A DNA stretch of 64,000 nucleotides from Pelagomonas calceolata (lineage: Eukaryota): contig CAKKNE010000004.1 of NCBI GenBank assembly GCA_918797485.1, forward strand, positions 3,224,001 through 3,288,000, read 5' to 3'. Position 1 is the stretch's first letter; every line of letters begins with the position of its first letter. Shown in pieces: positions 9,812 to 20,627 of the stretch. The notes below the pieces were generated by a model. That model made no database searches, was not told where the DNA came from, and saw nothing but the letters and a program-made list of their open reading frames with translations. The translations under genes were made by a program, and so were the position numbers.

Positions 9812-10864
9812 TCACCGCTTCTTCCGCCGCTTCTTCCGCGACGACGCCGAAGCCGCAGCCAAAGAGGCTTCGCGGACGCGCGCCATCAGCTCCGCGTCGA
9901 GGCGCACAACTCGACAAACGCGCCGCGACGTCACGACATCCCGCGCGGGTGGCAAGGCGCCCTCGTAGAATGGTGACGGCGCCCCGTTCGACGACGCGAG
10001 AGGAGGCAGCGTCGGCGGCGCGCCGGCGCCGTCCCGCGCGTAGACGTACACGACCGCGTCGATAGCAGAGAATGATTTGCGGTCGCGCGCCTTGCGATTC
10101 GCGTACGGCTGGTAGGCGGCGCGGTCGAAGACGAGCGCGCCGCGGTACGTCAGGAGAGCATGAGAGACCAAACACGGGAAGCCCCACCAACTGAACGGCT
10201 CCTTGGTCTTGTGCGCTACATGAATCTCGCCGCCCGGCGCGAGCAGCGGCACTGCTGAGCGCACGAAGGCCCGTACTAATGCCTTGTTTTCTTCGATGGC
10301 CGAAGCGTCCGCCTTCCCGGAACCTTCCGAGTTCCCGTCTTTTCCATCAGAGACGGGCAGGCACGGGAAGTTGAAGACGATGCGGTCGAAACTTTCATCA
10401 AATGAGAGGCGCCGCGCGTCGACGCCGTACCTCACGTCGTCGATGCGCCTCGCGTGGCCGCGCACATCCAAACCATCGTACTCTCGTTGCAAAGTCTCCA
10501 GGTCCGGTTCTAGCGTGGACGCGGTCAACGACGCACACTCGCCGCGCTCGGCCAGCGCCACGGAGAAGGATAAATCTCCGTCACCCACGGTAAGGACGCG
10601 ACAGCCGCCGTACAGCTGTCCTAAATCCGGTCCGGGACTCTCATCTACGACCCTAGGACAGCTCTCGGGTCTTTGTGGAGGCGGCAGCGGCCGGCCGGGC
10701 GCGCCGTGCTGGCAGATCCGGTGCGCGCAGACCGCGCAGCCATCTAGAGCGCAGCGAGCGGTGGCTTGCAAACAGTAGAGCGTCGCGAGGTCGGCGCGTT
10801 CCGTCGCGGGCGGCGGTTTCTTGGGACGCTTTTTGGGTTGTTGTGTTGGCTGCACGTCCGCCAT
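9812..10864 (-). CDS. BMT5-like 25S rRNA (uridine-N3)-methyltransferase domain (DUF2431) protein
   Basis: VLTVGDGDLSFS, GVDARRL, FDRIVFNFP, GGEIHVAHK...PF..W motifs. Confidence 0.85.
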   Translation of the reverse strand: MADVQPTQQPKKRPKKPPPATERADLATLYCLQATARCALDGCAVCAHRICQHGAPGRPLPPPQRPESCPRVVDESPGPDLGQLYGGCRVLTVGDGDLSFSVALAERGECASLTASTLEPDLETLQREYDGLDVRGHARRIDDVRYGVDARRLSFDESFDRIVFNFPCLPVSDGKDGNSEGSGKADASAIEENKALVRAFVRSAVPLLAPGGEIHVAHKTKEPFSWWGFPCLVSHALLTYRGALVFDRAAYQPYANRKARDRKSFSAIDAVVYVYARDGAGAPPTLPPLASSNGAPSPFYEGALPPARDVVTSRRVCRVVRLDAELMARVREASLAAASASSRKKRRKKR

Positions 10865-11333
10865 GGCTGCAGCTTGACACCGGCAGTGCAGCGGTGCCGC
10901 ACGCTGTCGCGGCGATGGCGTTGGGTGCAGCAGCGACGTGCAGTTGAGACGACCACGATCCGGTGTCTGAGAATCTCCTGGAGCGATGCGTACAGGCACA
11001 CTGTACAGGCACGCTGCTGTCCCGGCAGAGCTAGCGTCTTGACATACTAGGCTCCGAGACGACTGCTCCCGCAACCTGTCCAAGGGACGTGTCCTCGACA
11101 CGTAGACAACTCCCTACCTCCGGCCTCTCCAAGACATCTTAAAGCTTCGGGCTTTCGATCATCTCGCGGGCGTCGCCGCGCGGGCCTTCGGACTAGCTGC
11201 GGACGTGCGCGGGCAGCTTCTCGACGCAGCCCCCAACATCTAAAGAGATCGCCAGTGCACTCGAGCGCTGCGCGCGAACGCAAGGGCGCGCGCGCGGCAC
11301 AGGACCAGCTAGAAGCCAATCCAGCCCCCAAGC

Positions 11334-14300
11334 ATGAAGCTCTACGTCGAGGACGAGGAGGGCGACGCCGTCTGGGTCAAGGCCACGCTACCGAGACCGC
11401 CGGAGCAGTACGAGCCCGGCCTGGTCGTCGACGCGGTCGTCCGCGGCCGGCCGATGAGCGTGAAGCTCCCCGCGGAGGAAATGTATCAGCAGGAGGGTCT
11501 GGACATGGAGAACTGCGACGACCTTTGTGATCTCGGGCACGTCCACGAGGCGTCTATTTTAGATACGATCCAGGAACGGGCCCATTGTAGCAAGCCCTAT
11601 ACCGCGGCCGGAGACGTGGTGGTCGCCGTGAATCCGTTCAGGTGGCTGAAATTGTACACGCCCGAGTTAAGAGCGCTACATAGCGCACCACCCAACTCGT
11701 ATGAAGAACGTCGAGCTGCTCATTGCTATTCCGTGTCCGGTGCCGCGGCTAGAGGTGCCGCCAGGGGAGACGACCAGTCCATCCTCGTGAGTGGTGAAAG
11801 TGGTAGTGGAAAGACCGAAACCGTGAAGATCATGCTCGTCCATCTCGCCGACGTCGCGCGGCACGGCGGGGCCACGCAGCAGATCATTACGCAAGTTTTA
11901 AGGGCCGGGCCTCTCTTGGAGTCCTTCGGCAACGCCGCGACCCTCCGAAACGGCAATTCGTCGCGCTTCGCCAAGTTCCTGCGGATCGAGTTCGATCGCC
12001 GTACAATGGCCCTCGAGTCCTCGTGGTGCGAGACCGCTTTATTGGAGAAGACGCGCGTGGTGGAACGAGCCAAGGGCGAGCGCGCCTTCCACGTCTTCTA
12101 CGAGTTGTTACAACAAAGAAGACGACGCACACCGAAATACCTGCCGGAGCACCCTTGTAGATCTGCAGATGCCTCAGCAACCAAAGCGCGCGGCTTCGAC
12201 GACCGCCAGTCCTACCCAAAGATGATTGAGAGTCTAGAAACGGTGTGCCAGCTCGACGAGGCCGAACGGGAAGCTTTGTTGCACTGCGTCGACGCTGTTT
12301 TGAGCTTGGGCGAGGTCCAGTTCGACTCCGTCTACGCGCGCACGGAGGACCACGGCTGCAAGGTACGGAACGCGTTGGACTTGACGCAGGCCGCTAACGC
12401 CTTGGGTTGTGATCATTCATTACTGGAAGAAGGTTTTCTTAGACGTACTGTTGGTACTTCTACTACTTCGTTAAGTGCGGAGCAAGCGGCGGACGCGAGA
12501 GATGCCTTGGCCAAGGAGTTGTATTCTAGACTGTTTGATCGCGTTGTCGAGTTGTCCAACGCCACCACAAAAAGGCAGTGGGCGTTGCAACAGACCGAAT
12601 CAGTAGTCATCGGGATGCTCGATTTGTTCGGCTTTGAATTTTACGGTGCGGCCGGTTCGACAAATGGCTTCGAACAACTCCTGATCAACTTCGCCAACGA
12701 GCGGTTGCAACAGAGATTTGTCGCCGACGTCCTGGCCAGAGCGCAACGGGAGTTACTAGCGGAAGGCGTGCCGTGGACTAGAGTTGATTACCAGGACAAT
12801 GCCCAGGTCCTAAGGTTGATCGAAGCGCGAGGCGGCCTCGTGGACATCCTGAACGAGGAGTGCATCCGCGGCGGGAGCGGTGCCGACGCGAATTTCGTCG
12901 GGAAATTGCTCAGGACGTATACCGGAGATATCTTAAGTACACCGAAGATCCGCATCACGCAAGCAGGAGAAGCGTTACCTTTCAAGATCATGCACTACGC
13001 GGGCGATGTCTTGTATAGATGTACTGATACCGCTTCTTGGGTCGAGAGGAACCGGGACGTCCTACCGGCGAAGTTAGTCGAGGCCATGACGACGCCGGCG
13101 GGCCCAGCCTCACCAGGAGGCTCGGCGAACGTGGCGTCGCCCGTCGCGGTCTTTGGCGCCGCCGAGGCGAGGCAAGCCGCACTCCAGCGGAAGCAGCGAC
13201 GGCAGTCGGGCCAGCGAGCGTTGAGGCGAGGCTCGCAAGTCAACGCCGCGGAGACCGTAGCCTCGAAATTTAGGGCTCAACTGAAAAACCTGATGCACCA
13301 GATCGCGGCCACGAAGTGCCGCTACGTCCGGTGCATCCGCCCGAACGACGAAGCGGCGCCGATGGGCCAAGCTGGGTCCTTTGATCGCATCGCCGTGGTG
13401 GAGCAGTTGCGGTGCTGCGGCGTGTTAGCTGCTCTACGAGTAGCTAGAGCTGGTTATCCTGATAGAAAGCCGTTGCGGGCCTTTGTCGAGAGATTTGCGG
13501 TTTGTCTGCCCGGCGATGGCCGGTCGTCCACACTGAAGCGGTGCCGCGATGCGGCGAACGCGGCGGGCTTGGGTGATTTCGACGCTTCTCTCGATGGCCT
13601 GGCCGTCACGGACGACGTCGACGCGCCGACGGCCCAGGACCTGCGCGAGGGCGAGGACGAGGACCTGGTGCTGGATCGGGCTGTGGTGGCTGCGGCCCTA
13701 CCTTGGAGGAAAGCCTGCGAGGACATCCTGAGGTGTCTGGAACGGGGTGGGAGGAAGGGCGCTTTGGCCAAGCATCCTGCTCTGAAACCGGGACGGGTCT
13801 TCGTGGGCAAGACGAAGGTCTTCTTGCGGGATGGTGCTCTGGATGATATTGAGAGAGTACGAGCAGTGGTATGTTTTGATTTAGCGGCGCGGCTGCAGGC
13901 TCATGGTAGAGGATACCTCGGCAAGAAGTACTACCGGAAGGTGCTGCGTGCTTTGCTGATCGTGGCGTGTGCCTTGCGCGTGAAACTGGCTCGTAGAAGG
14001 GCAGCTAAAAGGCGACGACTCGTCAAGGCCATCTCCTGCTTTCAAGCGAGATGGCGCGGCATCGACATCCGCATGGTCGGCTATCTACAGTTAGCGAAGG
14101 CCGCGGCGTTGACGATCCAGACTAAAATAGCCCGTCCTGAAGTGGCTAGACGTAGATGCATCTTGGTACGAGACTTAAGGGCGCGAGGAGAAAACCTCGA
14201 CTCGATCACCAAGCGCCTGAACCGCATCGCCATGGAGAAGGCCGGGAGCATACCTAAAGCGTCAAATCAGAGAGGTTCTGCCGTGGCGCGCGCCGCGTCC

Positions 14301-15224
14301 ATGGGTACGAGAAGTGGGAGCGGCGGCTCGATCTCTGGGACGGAAAAAGCAGAACTTGAGGGCGAGGCAAATGCTATGAGGGAATTGGCGGGCGAGGCGT
14401 CCAAGGCGCTGGAGGAGATCCGGGCCGAGAACGCGGAGCTGCGCGAGAAGGCTCGACTACTGGCGCTGGACGTCGAGGCGGAAAAGGAAAAAGGGCGAAA
14501 GTGGCAGCAGCGCGAGCAGGTCCTGGCGGCGGTCGTGGATGAGGCACGACGGGAGGCTACCAAAGCGACAGCAGCGATGCACCGCCACATGGCCGATTCG
14601 GCGGCGCTCGCGGGCGCCTCCGAGGCGAACGACGCGTACGCTAGATTTAGGAGGAAGTTACTTAGGCACAGTGATTCAATGACGCCGGCGATGCGTAGTA
14701 AACTACTTGAACAAAAAAGACCGACGCAGAAGGTGACCATTACCAGAGCTGATTTAGCTAGATTTGTCAATGATTGCCAGACGGTAGGGCTGGACGTCGT
14801 CAAGCACAACCGCAAGGGGAAAGCAGAGAGAAGGTTGTTGAAGCTGACGTCGGACGCCGCGGCCCTATACTGGACGATGCCGAACGGCAAGGCCGCTTCC
14901 AGTAAAGAGCGCTTCTACCTGCACAAGTGCCTTGAATTGAGAGCCGGCCACGACGTGGATCCCGATGCCAGGAACAAGCTCATCTGCGGGACGGAAACAT
15001 TACGAAAGTCGCTGCAGGCCAAGCACTGCAAGCTCGCCTTCAGTTTTATCTTCGCGGACCGCACCGTGGACATCTCGTTCGCGACGGTCGAGGACTGCAA
15101 GCGGTCGATGCGCTACTTCAAGGCCCACGTGCAGGACCTGAAGAACAAGGCGGACCACGCGGTCATGCTCAAGGACGAGCAGCACATCGCGTCGACGCCG
15201 GTCGGCAAGAACGGCGCCTTTTAA
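11334..15224 (+). CDS. Myosin heavy chain (motor, IQ-like motifs, coiled coil, C-terminal PH-like domain)
   Basis: GESGSGKT P-loop, NSSRFAK, DLFGFE, YVRCIRPN, GKTKVFLR; LQAHGRG/FQARWRG IQ motifs. Confidence 0.95.
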   Translation: MKLYVEDEEGDAVWVKATLPRPPEQYEPGLVVDAVVRGRPMSVKLPAEEMYQQEGLDMENCDDLCDLGHVHEASILDTIQERAHCSKPYTAAGDVVVAVNPFRWLKLYTPELRALHSAPPNSYEERRAAHCYSVSGAAARGAARGDDQSILVSGESGSGKTETVKIMLVHLADVARHGGATQQIITQVLRAGPLLESFGNAATLRNGNSSRFAKFLRIEFDRRTMALESSWCETALLEKTRVVERAKGERAFHVFYELLQQRRRRTPKYLPEHPCRSADASATKARGFDDRQSYPKMIESLETVCQLDEAEREALLHCVDAVLSLGEVQFDSVYARTEDHGCKVRNALDLTQAANALGCDHSLLEEGFLRRTVGTSTTSLSAEQAADARDALAKELYSRLFDRVVELSNATTKRQWALQQTESVVIGMLDLFGFEFYGAAGSTNGFEQLLINFANERLQQRFVADVLARAQRELLAEGVPWTRVDYQDNAQVLRLIEARGGLVDILNEECIRGGSGADANFVGKLLRTYTGDILSTPKIRITQAGEALPFKIMHYAGDVLYRCTDTASWVERNRDVLPAKLVEAMTTPAGPASPGGSANVASPVAVFGAAEARQAALQRKQRRQSGQRALRRGSQVNAAETVASKFRAQLKNLMHQIAATKCRYVRCIRPNDEAAPMGQAGSFDRIAVVEQLRCCGVLAALRVARAGYPDRKPLRAFVERFAVCLPGDGRSSTLKRCRDAANAAGLGDFDASLDGLAVTDDVDAPTAQDLREGEDEDLVLDRAVVAAALPWRKACEDILRCLERGGRKGALAKHPALKPGRVFVGKTKVFLRDGALDDIERVRAVVCFDLAARLQAHGRGYLGKKYYRKVLRALLIVACALRVKLARRRAAKRRRLVKAISCFQARWRGIDIRMVGYLQLAKAAALTIQTKIARPEVARRRCILVRDLRARGENLDSITKRLNRIAMEKAGSIPKASNQRGSAVARAASMGTRSGSGGSISGTEKAELEGEANAMRELAGEASKALEEIRAENAELREKARLLALDVEAEKEKGRKWQQREQVLAAVVDEARREATKATAAMHRHMADSAALAGASEANDAYARFRRKLLRHSDSMTPAMRSKLLEQKRPTQKVTITRADLARFVNDCQTVGLDVVKHNRKGKAERRLLKLTSDAAALYWTMPNGKAASSKERFYLHKCLELRAGHDVDPDARNKLICGTETLRKSLQAKHCKLAFSFIFADRTVDISFATVEDCKRSMRYFKAHVQDLKNKADHAVMLKDEQHIASTPVGKNGAF

Positions 15225-15388
15225 ATATCCCTCATCTCCCCCGCTCGCCGTCTCTAAGGGATCCTCGAGTTATCTTTTGTCGCGGCGCGGTTGTTCCCCG
15301 TCGTTGTAGACGCGTAGTGATACGTCGAAAGCGTATGGTAGACGGTGTTTATGATACGATGCTGGTGCCGCCGCGTATCGAGGCATAA

Positions 15389-15419
<31 letters not shown>

Positions 15420-15420
15420 A
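15389..15420. repeat. (TAAA)8 microsatellite
   Basis: taaataaataaa... directly visible, in an AT-rich patch. Confidence 0.9.
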
Positions 15421-15518
15421 TTAAGGAAGACCTAAAAAAAAGGAACAAGCTCCTAAAAAACGGGTTTTCCAAGCCGAGTCAAGCCGCCGCAAGCCCTTAA
15501 CTCACCGCAAAACGCAAG

Positions 15519-16673
15519 ATGATCCTCACAACTTGCGCCGCCTGTGCCGCCCCACTGGCCCACGACGCGCCGCGATGCGTGCGCTGTAAGCTAAGATACT
15601 GTGATGCCACTTGCCAACATGACCACTGGCGCCGCGGCCACAAGCAGATGTGTAAGAAAATACACCGCGGCGGCAACGCAGAACAGTATAATGCAGACAA
15701 AAAATACAAGGAGGCCGTCGCGGAGGCGGTCGAGGCCTGCGCCGACGACACGAAGGGCCAGACGTGCTACATCTGCACGCAAGCTCTCCATTGGAAGACA
15801 AAGGAGGGCCTCGTGCGCATGTGTGCGTGTCGCGGGACGGCGGGTTTTGCCCACGTGTCGTGTCTGGCGGAGCAGGCCAAGATTTTGTTCGCGGAGGCCG
15901 AGGCGAACAATTTGGACAAGAATGCGTGGAATGAGAGGTGGAAGCGGTGGCAGAAATGTAGCTTGTGTGAACAAGATTACCACGGCGTCGTGCGGTGCGC
16001 GCTTGGGTGGGCCTCCTGGAAGACGTACTTGGGGCGGCCGGAGACGGACCAGATTCGCCGCATGGCGATGAACCTGCTTGGGAACGGCTTATACGCTGCA
16101 AATCGGGACGAGGAGGCGCTGTCCGTGTTCGAGGCCAATTTGGCTACGCTGCGGCGCTTTGGTGCACCAGAGGCCCACTTGCTCGACATGAAGGGCAATC
16201 TTGCGAGCACGCATCATAAACTCGGACGGCACAAGGAATCGTTATCCACCACCCGAGAAATCTATGCTGGAGTCAAGTCACTCTACGGTGACCGCCACTT
16301 TCGCACGCTCCAGGCGGCCTTTAATTTGGCACTTGCGCTCAACAAACTAGGGAAGTACGCAGAGTCCGAATCATTGCTGCGCGGACCAATCTCGGACGCT
16401 CAACACACGTTCGGAAACGACAACGAGTACACGCTCGATCTTCGCTCGGTGCTCGCAGACACTCTGGCTTGTCTCGGTGGCATCGATAATCTGCGCGCGG
16501 CCGTGGCTATGCGCGAGGACGTTTATAAACGCACGCGGCAGATCTTTGGGGCTCTGCACCCGATGACACAACGACGCCAGCGTCGTCTGGAAGAATACCG
16601 GGCGGCGGTTGCGCAGGGTTACACTATCGTACGCGAGCACCGTGACGGCGGCCGGGACGACCCGAACCCCTAG
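15519..16673 (+). CDS. MYND zinc finger + RING-variant + TPR-repeat protein (copy 1)
   Basis: CAAC..CVRC..YC...CQ..HW..GHK..C; CYIC..CACRG....HVSCL...CSLC; kinesin-light-chain-like TPRs. Confidence 0.85.
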   Translation: MILTTCAACAAPLAHDAPRCVRCKLRYCDATCQHDHWRRGHKQMCKKIHRGGNAEQYNADKKYKEAVAEAVEACADDTKGQTCYICTQALHWKTKEGLVRMCACRGTAGFAHVSCLAEQAKILFAEAEANNLDKNAWNERWKRWQKCSLCEQDYHGVVRCALGWASWKTYLGRPETDQIRRMAMNLLGNGLYAANRDEEALSVFEANLATLRRFGAPEAHLLDMKGNLASTHHKLGRHKESLSTTREIYAGVKSLYGDRHFRTLQAAFNLALALNKLGKYAESESLLRGPISDAQHTFGNDNEYTLDLRSVLADTLACLGGIDNLRAAVAMREDVYKRTRQIFGALHPMTQRRQRRLEEYRAAVAQGYTIVREHRDGGRDDPNP

Positions 16674-16702
16674 TCTGATAAGTCCATTTTACGCGAGACG
16701 GA

Positions 16703-17782
16703 CTAGTCCCCGTCGACGAGCTGGTGGTACGACGTCGTCACGCTCTTCAGCTCCCGCTTGGGCGCGTAGAGCCGCACGCTCCGCGCCAGGAACCTAGAAG
16801 AGGTCCCCGGGTCGCCCTCCATCATGATGCCCTTGCGCACGGAGATGGGCAACTGCCCCTGCCGGTCGTCCTCGTCGACAAAACAACCAGCCTCGACGAA
16901 GAACGCCTTCTCCTCGTCAAGAGCGAAGGGGCACAAGGCATAACAGCCCGGTAGGATACATAAAACGGCGCCGTCCTCGCGAAACACCACGGAATCATAA
17001 GCAAGACCCGGCTCGGAGACCTCCCCATAACTCTCCAGCAAGGTCCTTTCGGTCTTGGCATCAGTAGAAAAAAGGTCCCCGGGCATCCGCATCTCCAAAC
17101 CCCGATAAAACCGCTCGCCGTCACATCGCAACACGAAGTCCTGCTTCAGAACCCTACAAGCGCTGTTGTCCGGCCGTCGGACAGTAGCATCTCCGGCCCA
17201 TTCACCACTTACAGCGAAGACGTCGTCGACCTCGGCCGCTAATGCCGCGCCCCCTGTGCTTTCCGTCGCGCCCACGCGCTGTTCGTCTAAGCACGCGATG
17301 CGTTTGAGTAGACCAGTCGCGCCATCATATAAAGCTAGGATACGTATCCTCGCCTCGTCCGACACGGCGAGACCCGTCTCGATGGTGAACGATGGGGCTG
17401 TACCAGCGACCAATGACGACGCGCGGTCGCAGGAGTAGGAGCCGTCGAAGTCGCACACGACGTCTTTTGACGGCAGCGTCGTCTCGATGGCGTCGTCGTC
17501 GTCCCAGCTGAATCGTTCTTCGAGATCGCCGTTCGTGCGCCGTTTCACGGCCGCGGAGTAGCGCTTTCCATCTAAATCCGCGTCGTAGTCCACTCTTCGT
17601 CTAGTGGCGTCGACGACGACGGACCGGCAGACGCCGCGCCAGGCGTGCGCGTTGTACTGCAAATAGGATTCGCGCTCCGTCGCGTCGGTGGCGCTCGCGC
17701 TCTGAACGATGCGGTGCGGCGCGCGGTGTCGCAGCCGTGCTGGTTGCAGCGCCGCCGCCGCGGTGATCAAGGCGGCGATCAT
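16703..17782 (-). CDS. Probable plastid-targeted DUF3598/BFA1-like beta-barrel protein
   Basis: Leader MIAALITAAAALQP; two repeats with W.G, F.IETGL...RIRILALYD and F.VEAG...RSVRLY patterns. Confidence 0.55.
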   Translation of the reverse strand: MIAALITAAAALQPARLRHRAPHRIVQSASATDATERESYLQYNAHAWRGVCRSVVVDATRRRVDYDADLDGKRYSAAVKRRTNGDLEERFSWDDDDAIETTLPSKDVVCDFDGSYSCDRASSLVAGTAPSFTIETGLAVSDEARIRILALYDGATGLLKRIACLDEQRVGATESTGGAALAAEVDDVFAVSGEWAGDATVRRPDNSACRVLKQDFVLRCDGERFYRGLEMRMPGDLFSTDAKTERTLLESYGEVSEPGLAYDSVVFREDGAVLCILPGCYALCPFALDEEKAFFVEAGCFVDEDDRQGQLPISVRKGIMMEGDPGTSSRFLARSVRLYAPKRELKSVTTSYHQLVDGD

Positions 17783-18168
17783 GTCGCTACCGCGGCTGGC
17801 GCTCCCCCTGGCAGTGCAAGCCTGCTGTGCTGCCGCTCACGCGCCGTCGCGGCACGGATGCGCGATGCCGCTTGGCTCGATCGTCTTTCGACGGAGCGCT
17901 GCGAGTGCTGACCGACTCACGAATCCGCTCGTGCGACGCAGCGTCTGCCAGCGTTGAGCGAGGTGCTGCCTGCGGCGCTTGCCCTTAAGAGTGCCTGCAC
18001 CTGTCGCCGCAAACGTATCGCACCAACGCACAGCTCTCGTCGGCGTCGCCAGGGAGTACTCACGAAGGCGTCTGAGCGACCAGCAGTCGAAGACGCGGCC
18101 GCCGCCGGGCGCACAGTGAGCTGCTGAAGTGCACGCCGCAGGACAGCCAAGCGGCCGCACGTTAAGCC

Positions 18169-19626
18169 ATGCGGCGCGCCGCCGCGCTGGCGATGCTATG
18201 CGTAACAACAGCTCTAATCCCGCCGCTCGCGAAACCCATAGCACGACGAAGGGCCGTGCCCGTCGACATCGAGACGAGCGACAGGAGCGACTGGTACATT
18301 TTGCAGTGCTACGTGGGCAACGAGTTGTGGTGCGGCGAGACGCTCAAAGAAATACTGTCGTATCCGGAGAACGCCGAAGCCAAGTCGCGAGTCGATGAGA
18401 TTCTCGTGCCCACCGAAAAAGTCGCGTCGACGCGAGGCAAGAAGGTCTACCATAAAGATAGAATAATATACCCAGGCTACGTCTTCGTCAAGTGGCGCCC
18501 GGACCAGAACTCCTGGGCGGTGCTGACCAAAGTGCCAAAAGTAGCGAATTTCGTGGGCGACGACAAAGGCATGCGCAACGGCATAGGAGATGTTGTTGTA
18601 GGGTATAAAGGTGCCGTGACGCCCACACCATTGACAGAAAGAGAAGTGCAGGGCATGCTCAAGATCCACCAGGAGGGCCAGGACGTCGGTCTGGATTCGA
18701 TCGTAGATAACTATGCTCTTGGGGATATTGTCGCGGTCGTCAAAGGTGACCTCACCGGAGAACGAGGGTTGATTCGTTCAGTGAAGAACGACCAATTGAT
18801 CATTCGATTGACGGGCGGCACGTCGGCCTTCGACGTCCCTCTGGACCCCGACCAAGTGAGATTGTTGACACCGGAGGAAATTGCCCAGATGGAACAGGCC
18901 GAGGAATTGGCCCAAGCGCGGGCGGACGCTGCTGCTCGCGAAGCTGCGGAGAGAGAAGCTCGGAGATCGGGCGAGGCGGACTATGGGAGAGGGGACGCCG
19001 GCCTCGCGTCGCGGCGACAGCGCCGTGCGGACAGGAAGGAGCAAGATGTCTATGATGTCGACGACGGCGCGGGGCGAGCGGCTCGACGAAGCAGGTGGGA
19101 CACGATGGCCGAGGCGTCGGCACGGGAAGGCGCGCTAGGCTTTGGAAGTGCAGTGGATAGAGACCTGGACGAAGATGAGTATACCACTGCAGAAGATGAT
19201 CCGGATGATGCGTTGCTGGGCCAGCCGTCGGAAGCCGATGACGCCTTCTTCGACTCCTTGTTTGCGTCCATGGGCGACGACGAGAAGCCGAAGAAGGAGA
19301 AATCGAGGAAGGCCGAGGCGGCGTCGGACGACGACTTGCTGCGATCTTTGTTGTCCGATGATAGTGAAGACTTCGAGGAGGACGAGGATGAGTCCTTCGC
19401 GTCGTTTCTTGGATCTGATGAAGATGATCTGGGCGATGAGGACGACGCCGAGTTATTGTCTATCCTGGGCATCGGCGGCGACGACGCGCCTCCTGCGGTG
19501 CCCGTCGCCACGACCGACTACGACGCGATGAAGGTGCCCGAGCTCAAGGCGCTGCTCAAGGAGCGGGGCCTCAAGGTCGGGGGCAAGAAGGCGGACCTCG
19601 TCGCGCGGCTCCGCGAGGCGGCGTAA
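18169..19626 (+). CDS. nusG: Plastid-type NusG (NGN+KOW) with acidic linker and C-terminal SAP domain
   Basis: WYILQCYVGNE, ILVPTE, IYPGYVFV, KOW GDIVAVVKG; SAP MKVPELKALLKERGLKVGGKKADLVARL. Confidence 0.85.
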   Translation: MRRAAALAMLCVTTALIPPLAKPIARRRAVPVDIETSDRSDWYILQCYVGNELWCGETLKEILSYPENAEAKSRVDEILVPTEKVASTRGKKVYHKDRIIYPGYVFVKWRPDQNSWAVLTKVPKVANFVGDDKGMRNGIGDVVVGYKGAVTPTPLTEREVQGMLKIHQEGQDVGLDSIVDNYALGDIVAVVKGDLTGERGLIRSVKNDQLIIRLTGGTSAFDVPLDPDQVRLLTPEEIAQMEQAEELAQARADAAAREAAEREARRSGEADYGRGDAGLASRRQRRADRKEQDVYDVDDGAGRAARRSRWDTMAEASAREGALGFGSAVDRDLDEDEYTTAEDDPDDALLGQPSEADDAFFDSLFASMGDDEKPKKEKSRKAEAASDDDLLRSLLSDDSEDFEEDEDESFASFLGSDEDDLGDEDDAELLSILGIGGDDAPPAVPVATTDYDAMKVPELKALLKERGLKVGGKKADLVARLREAA

Positions 19627-19644
19627 CACTGTGTACCTAGATAC

Positions 19645-20382
19645 TTAGTCGAACAGCGACGACGTCGACGCGGGCGCCTTCGGCGAGCTCCCGAAGAGCG
19701 AGTTCTCGCCCTCGTCGTCCGAGCCTACCAAATCGCCGAGGACCTTGGACCGCGACGCCGCGAGCTTGGCCTGCTGGGCCTTTTTTGCCGCTTCAATTTT
19801 GCGCCGCTCGGCCTCCTCGGCCTCCTTCTTCAGGCGCGCCTCTTCCGCGCGCTTGGCCGCGAGGGCCTCGCGTTCCTTGCGCTGCGCCTCGGCGCGCGCC
19901 TCGGCCTCCCTTCTTAGTTGGTCCTGGCGCTCCCGTTCCCGTTGCGCGCGAGCCTCGCGCTCGCGCTGCTCTTGGGCCAAACGCTCGGCGTGGGCTCGTC
20001 TCGCCGCCTCGCCGCGCTGGCGCTCCGCTTCTAAACGCTGGGCGTGCTCCCGCGCGCGCGCGGCGCTCGGGTCGCTCGCCGACCCGGGGCCGTACGCCGC
20101 GGGCTGGGCGCCGTAGCCCGTCGGGCCCGTGCGCGAGCTCGTGGAGGGCGCGTAGGCCTGTCTGGTGGGGCTCGCGGCGGCGTAGGCTTGGGGCGCGGGC
20201 GGTGGGAGCGCGGCTGTTGATGGTATGGCGGCGCCCTTCTCGACGGCGCGCAGCAAACGGTCCATCGTGACCTGCTGCGCTCTTACTAAACTTGTCAAGG
20301 CGTCGATGCGGTGCGACTGGCCATCGATCACTTCTTTGAGATCTGCGATGGTCACCTCGTCGTCCTTTTTGGCTTCCTCCAT
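19645..20382 (-). CDS. Hypothetical coiled-coil protein
   Basis: MEEAKKDD... ORF with E/R/A-rich helix. Confidence 0.7.
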   Translation of the reverse strand: MEEAKKDDEVTIADLKEVIDGQSHRIDALTSLVRAQQVTMDRLLRAVEKGAAIPSTAALPPPAPQAYAAASPTRQAYAPSTSSRTGPTGYGAQPAAYGPGSASDPSAARAREHAQRLEAERQRGEAARRAHAERLAQEQREREARAQRERERQDQLRREAEARAEAQRKEREALAAKRAEEARLKKEAEEAERRKIEAAKKAQQAKLAASRSKVLGDLVGSDDEGENSLFGSSPKAPASTSSLFD

Positions 20383-20481
20383 GGCTGCGGCTGAAGCTGT
20401 GCTGACTGCTGCTTGCGTGCCGTGGTCCAGGAAGGCCCACGCTGTACACAAGGCAAAGCCAAAGCGCGCTCCCCGGAATTA

Positions 20482-20505
20482 GCTAGCGGTCTGTAAGACA
20501 CTAGC
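20482..20505 (-). promoter_or_regulatory. CTAG-N14-CTAG element copy
   Basis: gctagcggtctgtaagacactagc between divergent ATGs 20382 and 20628. Confidence 0.85.
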
Positions 20506-20627
20506 ACGCTCTCAGACGGCTTTTCACCAGCGTGGCGGCTGTTGTGAGCGGCTAGAGTACGCTGTCGTGACGGCAGGAGAGCCTCCATACACCCCTGCTG
20601 CTGCACGAGCGGCTGCGCCATTCATAA

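Noticed and set aside
3410..9814. TGA-ending ORFs as selenoproteins
   Set aside because: No CxxU-like context, the recognisable proteins already look complete, and I identified no SECIS
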